Below, in pieces: positions 14,012 to 24,024 of a DNA stretch of 64,000 nt. Source of the stretch: a virus; IMG/VR virus record IMGVR_UViG_3300043395_003024, positions 32,001-96,000 of that record. One strand, 5' to 3'. The position numbers and the translations under genes are program-made. The notes beneath the pieces are model-generated. The model had not been told where the DNA came from. It saw only the letters and a program-made list of their open reading frames with translations, and did no database searches. Numbering within the stretch: position 1 is the first letter of the stretch; the number at the start of each line of letters is the position of its first letter.

Positions 14012-14305
14012 TTATATTGTTCCGATTTCCTCAAAATTAGATAAATCTGGAAGAATAAACTTTTCGCCATCCCATGGTGTTCCGTCTGGAACTGGAGCAT
14101 GCTTGACAAGAAGAACTCCACTATCAAAAAACGACGACAACAAAGCCCACCCTGGAATCATAAGTATCACATCACCATTTTCTGTTGTGCCATTTGCCCA
14201 AAGCGCACCAATCGATGCTCCATCCTTTACTGCCACAACACAAAAATCTATGCTTTCTAAACCCGGTCCCAAATCATTGTCTACGGTTATTCCCTTATAT
14301 GCCAT
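14012..14305 (-). CDS. Hypothetical protein (97 aa)
   Basis: AAGGA RBS; C-terminal WDGEKF as in small fibre-chaperone-like phage proteins. Confidence 0.6.
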   Translation of the reverse strand: MAYKGITVDNDLGPGLESIDFCVVAVKDGASIGALWANGTTENGDVILMIPGWALLSSFFDSGVLLVKHAPVPDGTPWDGEKFILPDLSNFEEIGTI

Positions 14306-14316
14306 TGATTGTTCCT

Positions 14317-16044
14317 TTAAATCTGTTCCGTGTATCTGTGAGTGTAGTAGATACGCAAATAAACATCAATCTGTTCGTTAGCTGCCCATGTCCCAGTTAT
14401 GCTTCCCCCGCCTATAACAGAAAACCTATAGAACCCTGCTTTGTCATATGCGCCATCCGTAAAGTCCCATGCCCTGCTCCTGGTTGTTCCGCCAGTAGGC
14501 CATGAACTTCCACTATTAAGAGATAGTAGAGTAGCAGAATCGTGACCAGCACCAGTTGTGCTATTCGACGCAGATATGCCAACGCTTGGGTTTCTGTTAG
14601 ATGTAACCGTATATGAAGTCGAAAGTGAGATGTATGCATATACTGTCGAACTGTATATGGCGTCATCATTTCCTGTAGTCCAGTTGAAGTATGTTCTAGC
14701 CATGCTGCCGCCAGTCACCTTCTTCGTATCCGTGTCATAGCTTGTGTTGTATGTTCTATAACCAGAAGTCACCCATCCAGATGTTGTAAATGACGTGCTT
14801 GAAGATACGCCATGTCCTTCTGTATTGTAAGTTGTTACCGTTGCTGTGACGTACATTCCCGGAGATATGCTTGCTGCGCCAAAAAGGGAGTTATATGTAT
14901 CAACACGCTGAACTTGATTTGCAGCGCTTGAATAAAACGGCCCAAAGGATTGGCCGACAATAAAGTCACTGTCTGTAGTGAAGTATATTTCCGTTCTGTC
15001 GTAGTTTTCACAAGCAGTTGGGCTAAATGTAATATTTACAGGCCTCTTACCATATGTTGCAGAGTTTCCATCTGTTGGGTAGCCGGAAACGCCGGCAATC
15101 GATACCGATGGTGCCGCAAACGTGGGAGTGCGTGCTGTTGATTTAGCGGAATATCCACCATAGTCACGAGCATTTTTTGCCCTAACTCTCCCAACATATG
15201 ATGTTCCGTTGGCCAATGTCCATGTATAGCTAGTGGATGTCGTTGTTTGTGCCCCAACCCAGTTAGCACCATCGTCTATTGAGTATTCAACTTGATATTC
15301 CGTAATGGCACTACCGCCATTTCCAGGGGCGCTCCAGCTAATTGTAAATCGCCTATCTCCAGACGACGACGATGGCGTACCTACTGCGTCTGGGACAGTA
15401 TATGGAGTTACTGGGGATGAATTGTCTGAAACCTGACCAGCACCAGCGGCAGTTTCGGCATATACGCGGAATACATATGACGTTCCATTTGATAGGCTTC
15501 CGACAGTTTCGCTCAGGTCATTTCCCGAGTCAATTGGTGATGACCAACTAGCTCCGCTATTACTTGAATACTGAACCCAATACTTACTAATTGACCTACC
15601 GCCGTTTGATGTTGGCGCACTATATGTTACTGTTACGTTCTGTGAAGACCCGCTGACAACACCTGTTATTGTCGGTTTCCCAGCAATTGTGTAAGGATTC
15701 GTATTGGTTGATAATGGGTCTGATGATGCTCCGCTGCCAAGAGCATTAACTGCACGAAGCTTTACGTAGTACTGCTGTCCGTTGGTTAGTCCGCCTATCG
15801 TCACAGGGGAGGCGGTATCAACAGGTGAAAGAGCGGTCCATGAACCGTATGATGAGCCACCATCGGTTGACAGCGCATACTCATAGTTGGATATGTTGAG
15901 TCCGCCATTAAAAGCAGGCGCAGTGAAAGAAATCGTTAGCTGTTGATTTCCCTCAATGGAGGAGAGGTTGGTTGGGGCAGTCGGAACAGAGCCTCCGCCA
16001 AAAAATCCTCTTGATGCTGTTGCTCTACCGCCAATATAAGGCAC
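14317..16044 (-). CDS. Fibronectin type III repeat virion protein
   Basis: Three clear FN3 repeats (PxAPT..GG..I..Y..LxNGxxYxxRVRA). Confidence 0.85.
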   Translation of the reverse strand: MPYIGGRATASRGFFGGGSVPTAPTNLSSIEGNQQLTISFTAPAFNGGLNISNYEYALSTDGGSSYGSWTALSPVDTASPVTIGGLTNGQQYYVKLRAVNALGSGASSDPLSTNTNPYTIAGKPTITGVVSGSSQNVTVTYSAPTSNGGRSISKYWVQYSSNSGASWSSPIDSGNDLSETVGSLSNGTSYVFRVYAETAAGAGQVSDNSSPVTPYTVPDAVGTPSSSSGDRRFTISWSAPGNGGSAITEYQVEYSIDDGANWVGAQTTTSTSYTWTLANGTSYVGRVRAKNARDYGGYSAKSTARTPTFAAPSVSIAGVSGYPTDGNSATYGKRPVNITFSPTACENYDRTEIYFTTDSDFIVGQSFGPFYSSAANQVQRVDTYNSLFGAASISPGMYVTATVTTYNTEGHGVSSSTSFTTSGWVTSGYRTYNTSYDTDTKKVTGGSMARTYFNWTTGNDDAIYSSTVYAYISLSTSYTVTSNRNPSVGISASNSTTGAGHDSATLLSLNSGSSWPTGGTTRSRAWDFTDGAYDKAGFYRFSVIGGGSITGTWAANEQIDVYLRIYYTHRYTEQI

Positions 16045-16053
16045 TTTAGTTTC

Positions 16054-17340
16054 CTATGCAAACTTTGACTGGCTAGCGAGGACAATATATGTTGGGGTTG
16101 CCGCTGTTTTGATAATTGTTACCGTGTACGAGTCAACTGCGCCACCGCCGCTTCCGTCCGGGAAGCTGACGCCACCAAACCACTTAACTCCAGTTTGTGT
16201 CACACCATCAACAGCTATTGATGTCGGCCTACATGTTGTTGACCCAGAAGTGATTAGAACAACACCAGTAACAGATTGCCCAACAGATGTCATCGCATTA
16301 AATGAATTAGCTGTACCATCACCAGTGAAATTAAGAGAACACGATGCACTACTTGATGTCTCAAAGAAATGGATTCCCGATGTTAGGACGTCTATATTTT
16401 CAGTCCCTGAAGCGGCTCCCTGGAAGTGTACTTTTTCAATAATTTCTGCAAAATAAGAAGTTCCGGTAACTGACAGGTTATTTCCAACGCCAACATTTGA
16501 CGTAACAGATATTGATGAATCCAGTTTTGCAGAAGTAACGGCGCCTGCATTGATTTTTGCAGTAGTTACACCAAGGTCCTTTATTCTCAACGTATCAGAA
16601 TCTATTTCAATAGTAGAACTATCAACATTGACCGACAGTGCAGAGCCACCTCCGCCGGCAAGTCCATTTCCAGCGACTGCAGTGCTCAATTTCGCGCTTG
16701 TTATTCCGGAATCTTTTACACGAAGGGAGTCTGAATTTATCTCTATTGTTGAGTCGTCAACGTTGACAGATAGTGCGCTTCCGGCTCCACCAGCAAGACC
16801 GTTTCCGGCTACTGCTGCTGCTATTTTTGCACTAGTTATTCCAGAGTCCTTGACGCGCAGTGAATCCGAATTTATTTCGATTGTTGAGTTGTCAACATTT
16901 ACGGAGAGAGCCGAGCCATTTCCGCCAGCAAGACCATTACCAGCAACAGATGTAGTCAGTTTTGCTTCAGTAACTGTGTTATCGGCAACGTCGGAAGCAA
17001 CAATAGTGCCTGGAGCTATTTTGTCGGATGTTACCGAGTTATTTGCCAGTTTCGCTTCAGTGATAGAGCCGTCTGCAACTGTAAATTGCGACGCCGACTG
17101 CCATGAAGTGCCGTTGTAATACTGAACTTCATTAATGTCGTCTAGATAACAGAATCGCCCTTCTGACAGTTCCGGCTTGCCATCTCCGCCCTGCGATACA
17201 GGTATCCCGTCCCCGAATGCCAAGTCCCTAGCGGCCGCATCAGCAAAGCGGGAAATAACCTGGTCCATAAGATAACTATTGACATCAGCTGCATATGCGA
17301 TTTCACCAGAAAGGAATAACCTTACTCCTGAGCCAGCCAT
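16054..17340 (-). CDS. Baseplate-anchored fibre / minor tail protein with internal repeats
   Basis: N-terminal FxxGEIxxAADVNSYLM anchor, ITxAKI repeats and three approximately 43-aa tandem repeats. Confidence 0.7.
   Translation of the reverse strand: MAGSGVRLFLSGEIAYAADVNSYLMDQVISRFADAAARDLAFGDGIPVSQGGDGKPELSEGRFCYLDDINEVQYYNGTSWQSASQFTVADGSITEAKLANNSVTSDKIAPGTIVASDVADNTVTEAKLTTSVAGNGLAGGNGSALSVNVDNSTIEINSDSLRVKDSGITSAKIAAAVAGNGLAGGAGSALSVNVDDSTIEINSDSLRVKDSGITSAKLSTAVAGNGLAGGGGSALSVNVDSSTIEIDSDTLRIKDLGVTTAKINAGAVTSAKLDSSISVTSNVGVGNNLSVTGTSYFAEIIEKVHFQGAASGTENIDVLTSGIHFFETSSSASCSLNFTGDGTANSFNAMTSVGQSVTGVVLITSGSTTCRPTSIAVDGVTQTGVKWFGGVSFPDGSGGGAVDSYTVTIIKTAATPTYIVLASQSKFA
16550..16950 (-). 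repeat. Three approximately 129-bp coding tandem repeats
   Basis: VAGNGLAGGxGSALSVNVDxSTIEIxSDxLRxKDxGxTxAK occurs three times. Confidence 0.85.
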
Positions 17341-17378
17341 ACTATTCTCCTGAATCCTTAATTAATGATTTTACCATT

Positions 17379-18587
17379 TCAGCCGAACCTCATCGAGTCG
17401 AGAACTCCAAGAGTTGGGTCGTCAAACGAGAAGAAGAACTCGTCAACAGTTTCGTGGACAACCTTATATCCCATTGGTTTGGCCCAATTGACGGATTGGA
17501 GAACAACGTGGCTCTCTTCTCCGGCATCTGCATCTGGCGTTTCATTTGTGAGTGTCTGAACTTTTATTGTGAACAAGTCGTCTAGATATCTGGGCGTAAC
17601 CGCTACAGATAGGGTCGTTGGTTCGCCATCTTTTGTATAAATAAGAACTTGCCTAGCCGCCTCGACCATTGCTCTACGCGTTCCTGCAGCTCTTCCATAA
17701 AATGAGTAGCGAAGTTGCCATTCAATAAAGTCTCTCCTCGCAGATTCGTTTTGAAAAAATACAGACCCATCTGCATATTCAATATTCTGCTTCAGTGCAG
17801 TGCCAGTGAACTGGGACAGCCACGGAGTATATGGTCCGCGTACGGAGCGTGGTGATACCAATGAACTCTGTGCCCAATTAAACATTGAGTCATATGGGCT
17901 ATCAAGCTGCGCTTGCTCTACCCCATACATAAGGTCGTGCTCTATTGCTGTTTCACCAGCAGCAGATGTAAGTATGTCTATTAGGCGAAAGTATGGATAC
18001 GTCGGTGCTTCTTGGGCTGAATCAATTTCAAAATAAAAATCGGGCAAGAAATTTCTCATTCTGCCAACAAACGGATTTTCATAAAATGCAAAATCGTGAA
18101 TGAGGTGCGGTAGTGTTACATGAATTGTCGCGGCATTGTGATTTTCTATAGTAATGCGAATTGTTGCCGTATGCAGCTGTCCATCATTTGGTACTACGAC
18201 AGTGTTGGTATGAACAGCATTGTATAGCCCGCTTGTTAGCGTCTCCTGCACAGCAGTATTATTGTCGTCTTCATCAATAAATAGAAGACCGGATACTGAC
18301 ATTGGAGACAATGCTTTTAGCTTTATATTCGCTGACAATATTCTGTCATTATCTGCAATGTTAAGTGGAATAGCTGCAAGTTCTAGGACAATTGGGGCTA
18401 GTGACGAAGGTGAAAGTTCAAGTACATAGCGCGTGTCTACTACGAATTCACGCCCAATAATGGCAACTGTCGCATTTGTGGCAGTCCAGTTGTGTGGTAC
18501 TTCATTTATCGCGATAATTGCATTATTTTGGGTGGAGACGCGCATCAACGCATCGGCGTTAGATAACAAGTTTCTAGTTCTGGCCAT
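17379..18587 (-). CDS. Baseplate wedge protein (P2 gpI-like C-terminal half)
   Basis: Follows baseplate J; PWLSQFTG, AGTRRAM and AKPMG motifs. Confidence 0.65.
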   Translation of the reverse strand: MARTRNLLSNADALMRVSTQNNAIIAINEVPHNWTATNATVAIIGREFVVDTRYVLELSPSSLAPIVLELAAIPLNIADNDRILSANIKLKALSPMSVSGLLFIDEDDNNTAVQETLTSGLYNAVHTNTVVVPNDGQLHTATIRITIENHNAATIHVTLPHLIHDFAFYENPFVGRMRNFLPDFYFEIDSAQEAPTYPYFRLIDILTSAAGETAIEHDLMYGVEQAQLDSPYDSMFNWAQSSLVSPRSVRGPYTPWLSQFTGTALKQNIEYADGSVFFQNESARRDFIEWQLRYSFYGRAAGTRRAMVEAARQVLIYTKDGEPTTLSVAVTPRYLDDLFTIKVQTLTNETPDADAGEESHVVLQSVNWAKPMGYKVVHETVDEFFFSFDDPTLGVLDSMRFG

Positions 18588-18589
18588 AT

Positions 18590-20053
18590 TTATCCACCAA
18601 CATCAATCGATGTATAGGTTATGTCTAGGTCATCTAGAGACAGAACGGGGAGTGACCCCTTGTACCTAAACAGAATGTCATTGTCGTGCTTTGGCAGCCA
18701 TCCAGAACCTGTTGGAGTGAGTGTTAGTGACTCAACGTATACAACTCCTGGAAGTGAGCTGATTAGTGCAATTATTTGACTTTGCCTAATGCGGTCCAAT
18801 GACAGCGGGAAATTAGCTGGGCTAATAAAGTCTACAAGAGCATCTTCTATAGCTTCTATCAGGGATGATTGTTCGTATTGCTGATTAAGCTTTATTGCTC
18901 CTGATATTTCTAACGTAACTAGCTCTGGGTCAATGATGTCAAACGTAAGCCCGGCATTGGATTTAGAACGCACATCTGTAATGATGTCAAGTTTTTCTAT
19001 AGAGCTAAGCTCTGTGTTATTGCCATAAGCAACAACAGTTACGTATCCCTGAACGTCCTGTCCCGCATATGCGGAGCCCGTAACTACGGTACTGGCAGAG
19101 TTTCCGGCAACTTTTACAAAACTAAAAGTAGTATCTCCGGTTGCTGTAACTGTATGTTCGCCATTGAATGTTGCACTGACTGACGCATTAAAAATATCAA
19201 GCTCAACAACATCGCCAACTACAAATAAATGTGGGGCTTCGGTCTCAATAGTCGCAAGATTGCTATTTAGAAATGTTTTTATTACGCCAGATGAACGATT
19301 TACAGTTATGTCTCCTCCACCGCTATCGCCATTTGTAAGGTCAAATGTTTTTGCCCTTGTTATTACGCCTGGGTAATTTGTCAACAAATAAGCATCAACC
19401 TGCGCAGGACGGACGAGCGCGGAGGTGAGTGAACGTAGATATGTTGTGGCCTTTGATAGATAATCCTCGTCTGAGTCTTCGTTTATGCCATTGGCAAAAT
19501 TAGCAGGAGTTGCGATAACTGCAGAAACAATGTCTGTTCCAGATGACACTACAGACAACTCAATCCCTGGGGTGAGGGGCGGCATAACTCCTGCAGCTGT
19601 TGCTACAACTGTTGCGATTTCTGATGGGTATTCGGTCTCGCCCGGCGCGGTCGGTGGTATTACCAGTGCTGATGTTGTCTGAAAACCATATTGCTGAACC
19701 TCATCTTCAAATAGGGTGTCGTAAACAAATACGGTTCCAGCAGGAATTGTGGCTCCGTCATAAGAGCCAACGGTTATTTCAACATCTACTTCTGCCGGGA
19801 TAGCATCCTGCCTTTGATACCCGAGTATTTGCACAATGCCAGCCATAAGTCTGTCTGGCAAACGATTAATCGCGTTGATGTTTAGGGCGCTTATATATGC
19901 AGCAGCCTGAAATATGGCATCCTCTGGGGTCCCAACACGAAGATTGAAGTCCGGCAATGAAATGCGTGCTAGTTCAATTGAGTCTCTATATATATCCCCT
20001 GGCTCTTTATCAAAAATTGATAAGTCCACATATTCTGAAAAATCTGCTGGCAT
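18590..20053 (-). CDS. Baseplate J-like protein
   Basis: TIPAGT, NGINEDSDEDY and LPGVVYV motifs, plus gene position. Confidence 0.85.
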   Translation of the reverse strand: MPADFSEYVDLSIFDKEPGDIYRDSIELARISLPDFNLRVGTPEDAIFQAAAYISALNINAINRLPDRLMAGIVQILGYQRQDAIPAEVDVEITVGSYDGATIPAGTVFVYDTLFEDEVQQYGFQTTSALVIPPTAPGETEYPSEIATVVATAAGVMPPLTPGIELSVVSSGTDIVSAVIATPANFANGINEDSDEDYLSKATTYLRSLTSALVRPAQVDAYLLTNYPGVITRAKTFDLTNGDSGGGDITVNRSSGVIKTFLNSNLATIETEAPHLFVVGDVVELDIFNASVSATFNGEHTVTATGDTTFSFVKVAGNSASTVVTGSAYAGQDVQGYVTVVAYGNNTELSSIEKLDIITDVRSKSNAGLTFDIIDPELVTLEISGAIKLNQQYEQSSLIEAIEDALVDFISPANFPLSLDRIRQSQIIALISSLPGVVYVESLTLTPTGSGWLPKHDNDILFRYKGSLPVLSLDDLDITYTSIDVGG

Positions 20054-20066
20054 GGCTATTTGACCT

Positions 20067-20369
20067 TTAGCTTGTTATCTCAAACGAAACATTTACTTTT
20101 GACGAACCAGAAACAATATCCTTGCTCAAGATGTCTATTTTAGTTATTGTGACTTCTGGAACAAATTGCGACGCATTGAGCACGAACATGCTTTTATCAA
20201 TAACGCTGAACGATGGGTCGTATGAGCCAAACTGGGGACTCATTGGGTGCGTAGTCGGCTCAGTTAGCATGCAGATTGACAAAAGCTGCGCATAATAATC
20301 CGTTGTGTTTTCCTCGAGCTTCTGCAGCCCACTGGAGTCAAATCTGACGGGGAACTTCATCATTTGCAT
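20067..20369 (-). CDS. Baseplate wedge / sheath initiator (gp25/W-like)
   Basis: KFP..TEPTTHPMSPQFG pattern, size and position before J. Confidence 0.65.
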   Translation of the reverse strand: MQMMKFPVRFDSSGLQKLEENTTDYYAQLLSICMLTEPTTHPMSPQFGSYDPSFSVIDKSMFVLNASQFVPEVTITKIDILSKDIVSGSSKVNVSFEITS

Positions 20370-20371
20370 AA

Positions 20372-20731
20372 CTATGCTCCCTCGAGTTCCTCTACGCGCT
20401 GAATTAAATTAGTCACCAAATTAAATAGAGTGTCATATTCCACTAATGTTGGGTATATGTTTGCTCTAATTCGTGAAGAGCCAAAAACAATAAGCTCAGT
20501 AAAGAATTCATCCGCAAAAGAGCACTTCACTGAATCCCCAACAGAGTAGTGAGAATTTGGAGTTGTATTTAGGGGGATAATCCCATCAAATGTTGACCCA
20601 AGTTCCAAAATATGAACAGAAATGGCTCCACGCTCGTCGACAGACTTGACCGTACCCGTGTAGAACCGCCCTGGTTTCAGGGGGTGAGATGACGCCTTGT
20701 CTGCGCTAATTATATCTGGACGCATATTCAT
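20372..20731 (-). CDS. Short baseplate spike-like OB-fold protein
   Basis: YTGTVKSVD..VGDSVKC OB-fold pattern, between hub and gp25-like genes. Confidence 0.55.
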   Translation of the reverse strand: MNMRPDIISADKASSHPLKPGRFYTGTVKSVDERGAISVHILELGSTFDGIIPLNTTPNSHYSVGDSVKCSFADEFFTELIVFGSSRIRANIYPTLVEYDTLFNLVTNLIQRVEELEGA

Positions 20732-20767
20732 ACCTTACTATTTTAAATGAATTCGTGTGCCGACATG

Positions 20768-22495
20768 TCACCAGTTGCTATCTGTAGAGCCGGGGGTGTT
20801 GACAAGTGATGAAAAGGAAAACCCAGGAAATCTTTTTCTCATAATCAAGTTTTGTTGAAAACTAAGCAAAAAGGCATAATCGCGTGCGTTAAGCCTTGCT
20901 TCATTGATGGTTCCTCCGGCTATCACCCCAAGATGCTTAGCTGTGCCTGAATATCCACCGCCTTCGTTATACCGCGAAAGCACTTCATCTTCTGTTCTGG
21001 TAACTGCCACGCCATCTTTTGTATAAATAGTTGGCAGAATAACTGCCCTATATTCTGAGCCAGCCGCAACAACGTGGATAACTGGATTTGACCACAGCGT
21101 CATATATCCAGTCACCGAGCTACCGGATTTGTTCAATACAGGCACAATTGGTCGCTCCCAGAGGTCTATATTGCCGGTCAGAATAATTGTATTTCGCTGA
21201 TTTGTACTTGCCGGTATTCGGCCAACTTGCGCAGCATATGTTCGCGAAATGTTTGCATACTCCATCAGTGGGTATCTATACCTGTTGTCTGTGTCCGGCA
21301 GGTTTTCGCCAGTTATTCTCTTATCCGTCGATGGGCTTGAAATCGGTATACCTTTTTCTATTTGGGCAACCTGTGCGGTTGTCCTGATTGGCTGACCTAT
21401 AACTGCTGTTTGTTGGTATGTCTGCCCTATTGGAAGGAGCTTGATTTCCTCTTTTTCCTCATCTCTTGTTAAAGTTCTGAAGCTAATCGTGACTGGTTCT
21501 GGAACCATTTCTTTATAGGAAACTGCATCGACGATGTAGTACCCAGACATGTTTGGTACACGTCCAACGTATGCGGTCATCCCTGGTCTCACTTGAACGC
21601 CATTGAATCTCTCAACCAAACAGCTGCCTTCTGCTGCATACGGGTCGTTTGCCGATTTAGTTATTGTTGGACGCTCAACAAGTCGAAAATAACCGGGCGT
21701 TCCTACATACCCATCCCCGCTATTTGGCCATTGCAGTGGTATAAAGCGACGCGCAAGACGTTTAATTTTCTTCTTTTTTGTCTTCGGGTCGGCAACTTTC
21801 TTATTTATATACCGTATGTCTGTTCCCCATTTATGCATCAAAAATTTTTCAGATGCAAATATGAGTACTCCGTCTACTTCGAATAGTAAAAATTTTGCGT
21901 CATCTGCAAGTCTTTGCATTACAACCCATAGGTCTTCTTTTTGTTTAGAACCGCTCGATTTAGTAATTTTTTTAGCCTTGGATGTCTCTTCGCAATAGAA
22001 TTCTAATCCATATTTTTTCGCTGCATTTTTTATAAATTGAGTGCCATTGCCCTTTACCTCTCCAGGCTTCTTGTCGCGTTTCATTTGCTGAATTGCTTTT
22101 GTATAACACTTAACTGAATAGATTGCGCTGCCGCCTGGACCCTGCGAAACACTTACGTTGGCTATTTCAAACAGAAGTCTGATTGGGCGAACTTCTCCGG
22201 AGTAGGAGTTAACTCTGCCAAGCGTTTGAGTCTCATAAATCACATCTCGGCCGAGAATAAAATAATTATTTTGAGACATCTTTAAGTCAATATCAATAAC
22301 ATCGAATGACAACTCTGAAGCTAGAGATATCGAGTAACTAATATCTACAGATGTCACATTTGCTGATATGTCTGCCTGAAGATTATCTGGCAGTGATGCG
22401 ATGATTATTTTTCTTTCGAACGGCCCGCGAAAATTTGTTAAGTTTCTGCTGTCTTTATATGTATCGACAGTTTCTGGCAAAAAAACCCTAGACAT
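20768..22495 (-). CDS. Baseplate hub protein (gpD/gp44-like)
   Basis: Position; EDLWVVMQRLA, FEVDGVLIF and RPGMT..GYYIVDAV motifs. Confidence 0.65.
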   Translation of the reverse strand: MSRVFLPETVDTYKDSRNLTNFRGPFERKIIIASLPDNLQADISANVTSVDISYSISLASELSFDVIDIDLKMSQNNYFILGRDVIYETQTLGRVNSYSGEVRPIRLLFEIANVSVSQGPGGSAIYSVKCYTKAIQQMKRDKKPGEVKGNGTQFIKNAAKKYGLEFYCEETSKAKKITKSSGSKQKEDLWVVMQRLADDAKFLLFEVDGVLIFASEKFLMHKWGTDIRYINKKVADPKTKKKKIKRLARRFIPLQWPNSGDGYVGTPGYFRLVERPTITKSANDPYAAEGSCLVERFNGVQVRPGMTAYVGRVPNMSGYYIVDAVSYKEMVPEPVTISFRTLTRDEEKEEIKLLPIGQTYQQTAVIGQPIRTTAQVAQIEKGIPISSPSTDKRITGENLPDTDNRYRYPLMEYANISRTYAAQVGRIPASTNQRNTIILTGNIDLWERPIVPVLNKSGSSVTGYMTLWSNPVIHVVAAGSEYRAVILPTIYTKDGVAVTRTEDEVLSRYNEGGGYSGTAKHLGVIAGGTINEARLNARDYAFLLSFQQNLIMRKRFPGFSFSSLVNTPGSTDSNW

Positions 22496-22518
22496 ATATA
22501 TCTACGCTTTCAGCCATA

Positions 22519-24024
22519 TCAACCCTGCGCGTTTTCGTGGAAACACGCAGAGTTCGGAATGTGCCCTAAATTATTTGGAGCGGAATCTGTTGCATAATTT
22601 ATGCACGGTGTTGGGTCGCCGCCTGGTGTTGGCGTGGTCGGAACTTTTGGAACTTTTCTTAGCTTGGGCATGAATATTACTTGGTCTTTCGTTAGCCGAA
22701 CTTCCTGAATTGTCATGCTTACAGTTGCTCTACTTATCCTTCCAACCTCAACATTTGACCCCTGTGGCGTTCTCTGAACAGAGTTTATTGACATTTCAAC
22801 AATGGCCCATTCCCTGTAGTTTGCTTCAAGTGGCGTAAAAATTGCTGCCTCGTCAAACAGTGAGTCAAAGTTCGTAAACACAACAAGTTCTGGCCTATTG
22901 GCCATTCTCTGAAGTTGATGTAGCCGCGATTCGCAGTCCTCATACAGGCTTGAAATATTTTGCGTATAGCTTTCGACGACAAATTCAAATGATATTTTCA
23001 TCAGCTTGTTGTTTCGGTAATCAACTAGAGGAAAATTATTAACTCTATCGACCTCAGTCCATGTAATACCTATATTGGTATATTGAATATTGTTTGGCCT
23101 TAGGTTAAATATGTACGTATCAAGTACTACTTTTTGTGATGAAGTAGCTGACGCCGTCCTCTGTATCATTTTTGGTAGATTGTCAGGAGCGGATGTTGAT
23201 GTCCCTATTTGCGCTGACCCCTGCGAGTTGACGGTAAATGACCCAACCGCTCCCTGGGTGGTGCCAGTCCTAACCTGTGCTGTCTGCGTTGCCCGCCCAG
23301 CTGTTGCTCCACCAATAGCCATTGAACGCTCATCTAGAGAAGCAACAAGTGCTGATGCCGCGGATGATGAGGAACCCTGGGATATAAGCTCTTTAATCTG
23401 CGCAAAAGAAAAGTTATCTAAATTCATATCTTTTGCATCCCCAATAAACCTGTCCCAGCGAGACTGTGTAGGCTCATCGAAGTCCGGAAGTTCGGTGATT
23501 GCGTCAATGTTTGCCAAAACAAAGAACTTCTTCAGGAGTGGGTGATACCAGTGCTGAACCCATGTGTCTGACGTATCAGTAAATTTGCGCCACTTACGTA
23601 TCGTAGATGACTTGTACGGATTCTCGGAAAGCGGCAATCCCGACAGTCCCCAGTCAAATGTGAACCTGGTTGCTACATATATTGTATTGGCGTACACAAT
23701 TTTTTGATTAATTGGGTAATCATCGTATTTTGTAGTTCTCGGATTTGAATACGGTATTTGCGGAGCGCGTTTCGCCTGGTCATCTGACCACCCATATTCA
23801 TCGCCAGCTTCATATTCAATATAGTTTGCTTCGTTCGTAGCTACGTCTAAAAATGGCAACCAGTACATCTCATTAGATATGAGTGTGTAGTGTTCAGGAA
23901 ACTGTGGTGATGCTACGTCTGATGTCTGCTTATATCGCTGTTTTATTGGATAGCCTTTACGTAGACTTGCATTATCAGACTGCGTGTACCCAACGGTTAC
24001 GTAAAGAAGGTTTCCGTATGCCAT
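22519..24024 (-). CDS. Tail tube initiator-like protein
   Basis: Directly after the tape measure gene; C-terminal tube-like domain (PNNIQY..WTEVDR..ISRATVSMTIQE). Confidence 0.55.
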   Translation of the reverse strand: MAYGNLLYVTVGYTQSDNASLRKGYPIKQRYKQTSDVASPQFPEHYTLISNEMYWLPFLDVATNEANYIEYEAGDEYGWSDDQAKRAPQIPYSNPRTTKYDDYPINQKIVYANTIYVATRFTFDWGLSGLPLSENPYKSSTIRKWRKFTDTSDTWVQHWYHPLLKKFFVLANIDAITELPDFDEPTQSRWDRFIGDAKDMNLDNFSFAQIKELISQGSSSSAASALVASLDERSMAIGGATAGRATQTAQVRTGTTQGAVGSFTVNSQGSAQIGTSTSAPDNLPKMIQRTASATSSQKVVLDTYIFNLRPNNIQYTNIGITWTEVDRVNNFPLVDYRNNKLMKISFEFVVESYTQNISSLYEDCESRLHQLQRMANRPELVVFTNFDSLFDEAAIFTPLEANYREWAIVEMSINSVQRTPQGSNVEVGRISRATVSMTIQEVRLTKDQVIFMPKLRKVPKVPTTPTPGGDPTPCINYATDSAPNNLGHIPNSACFHENAQG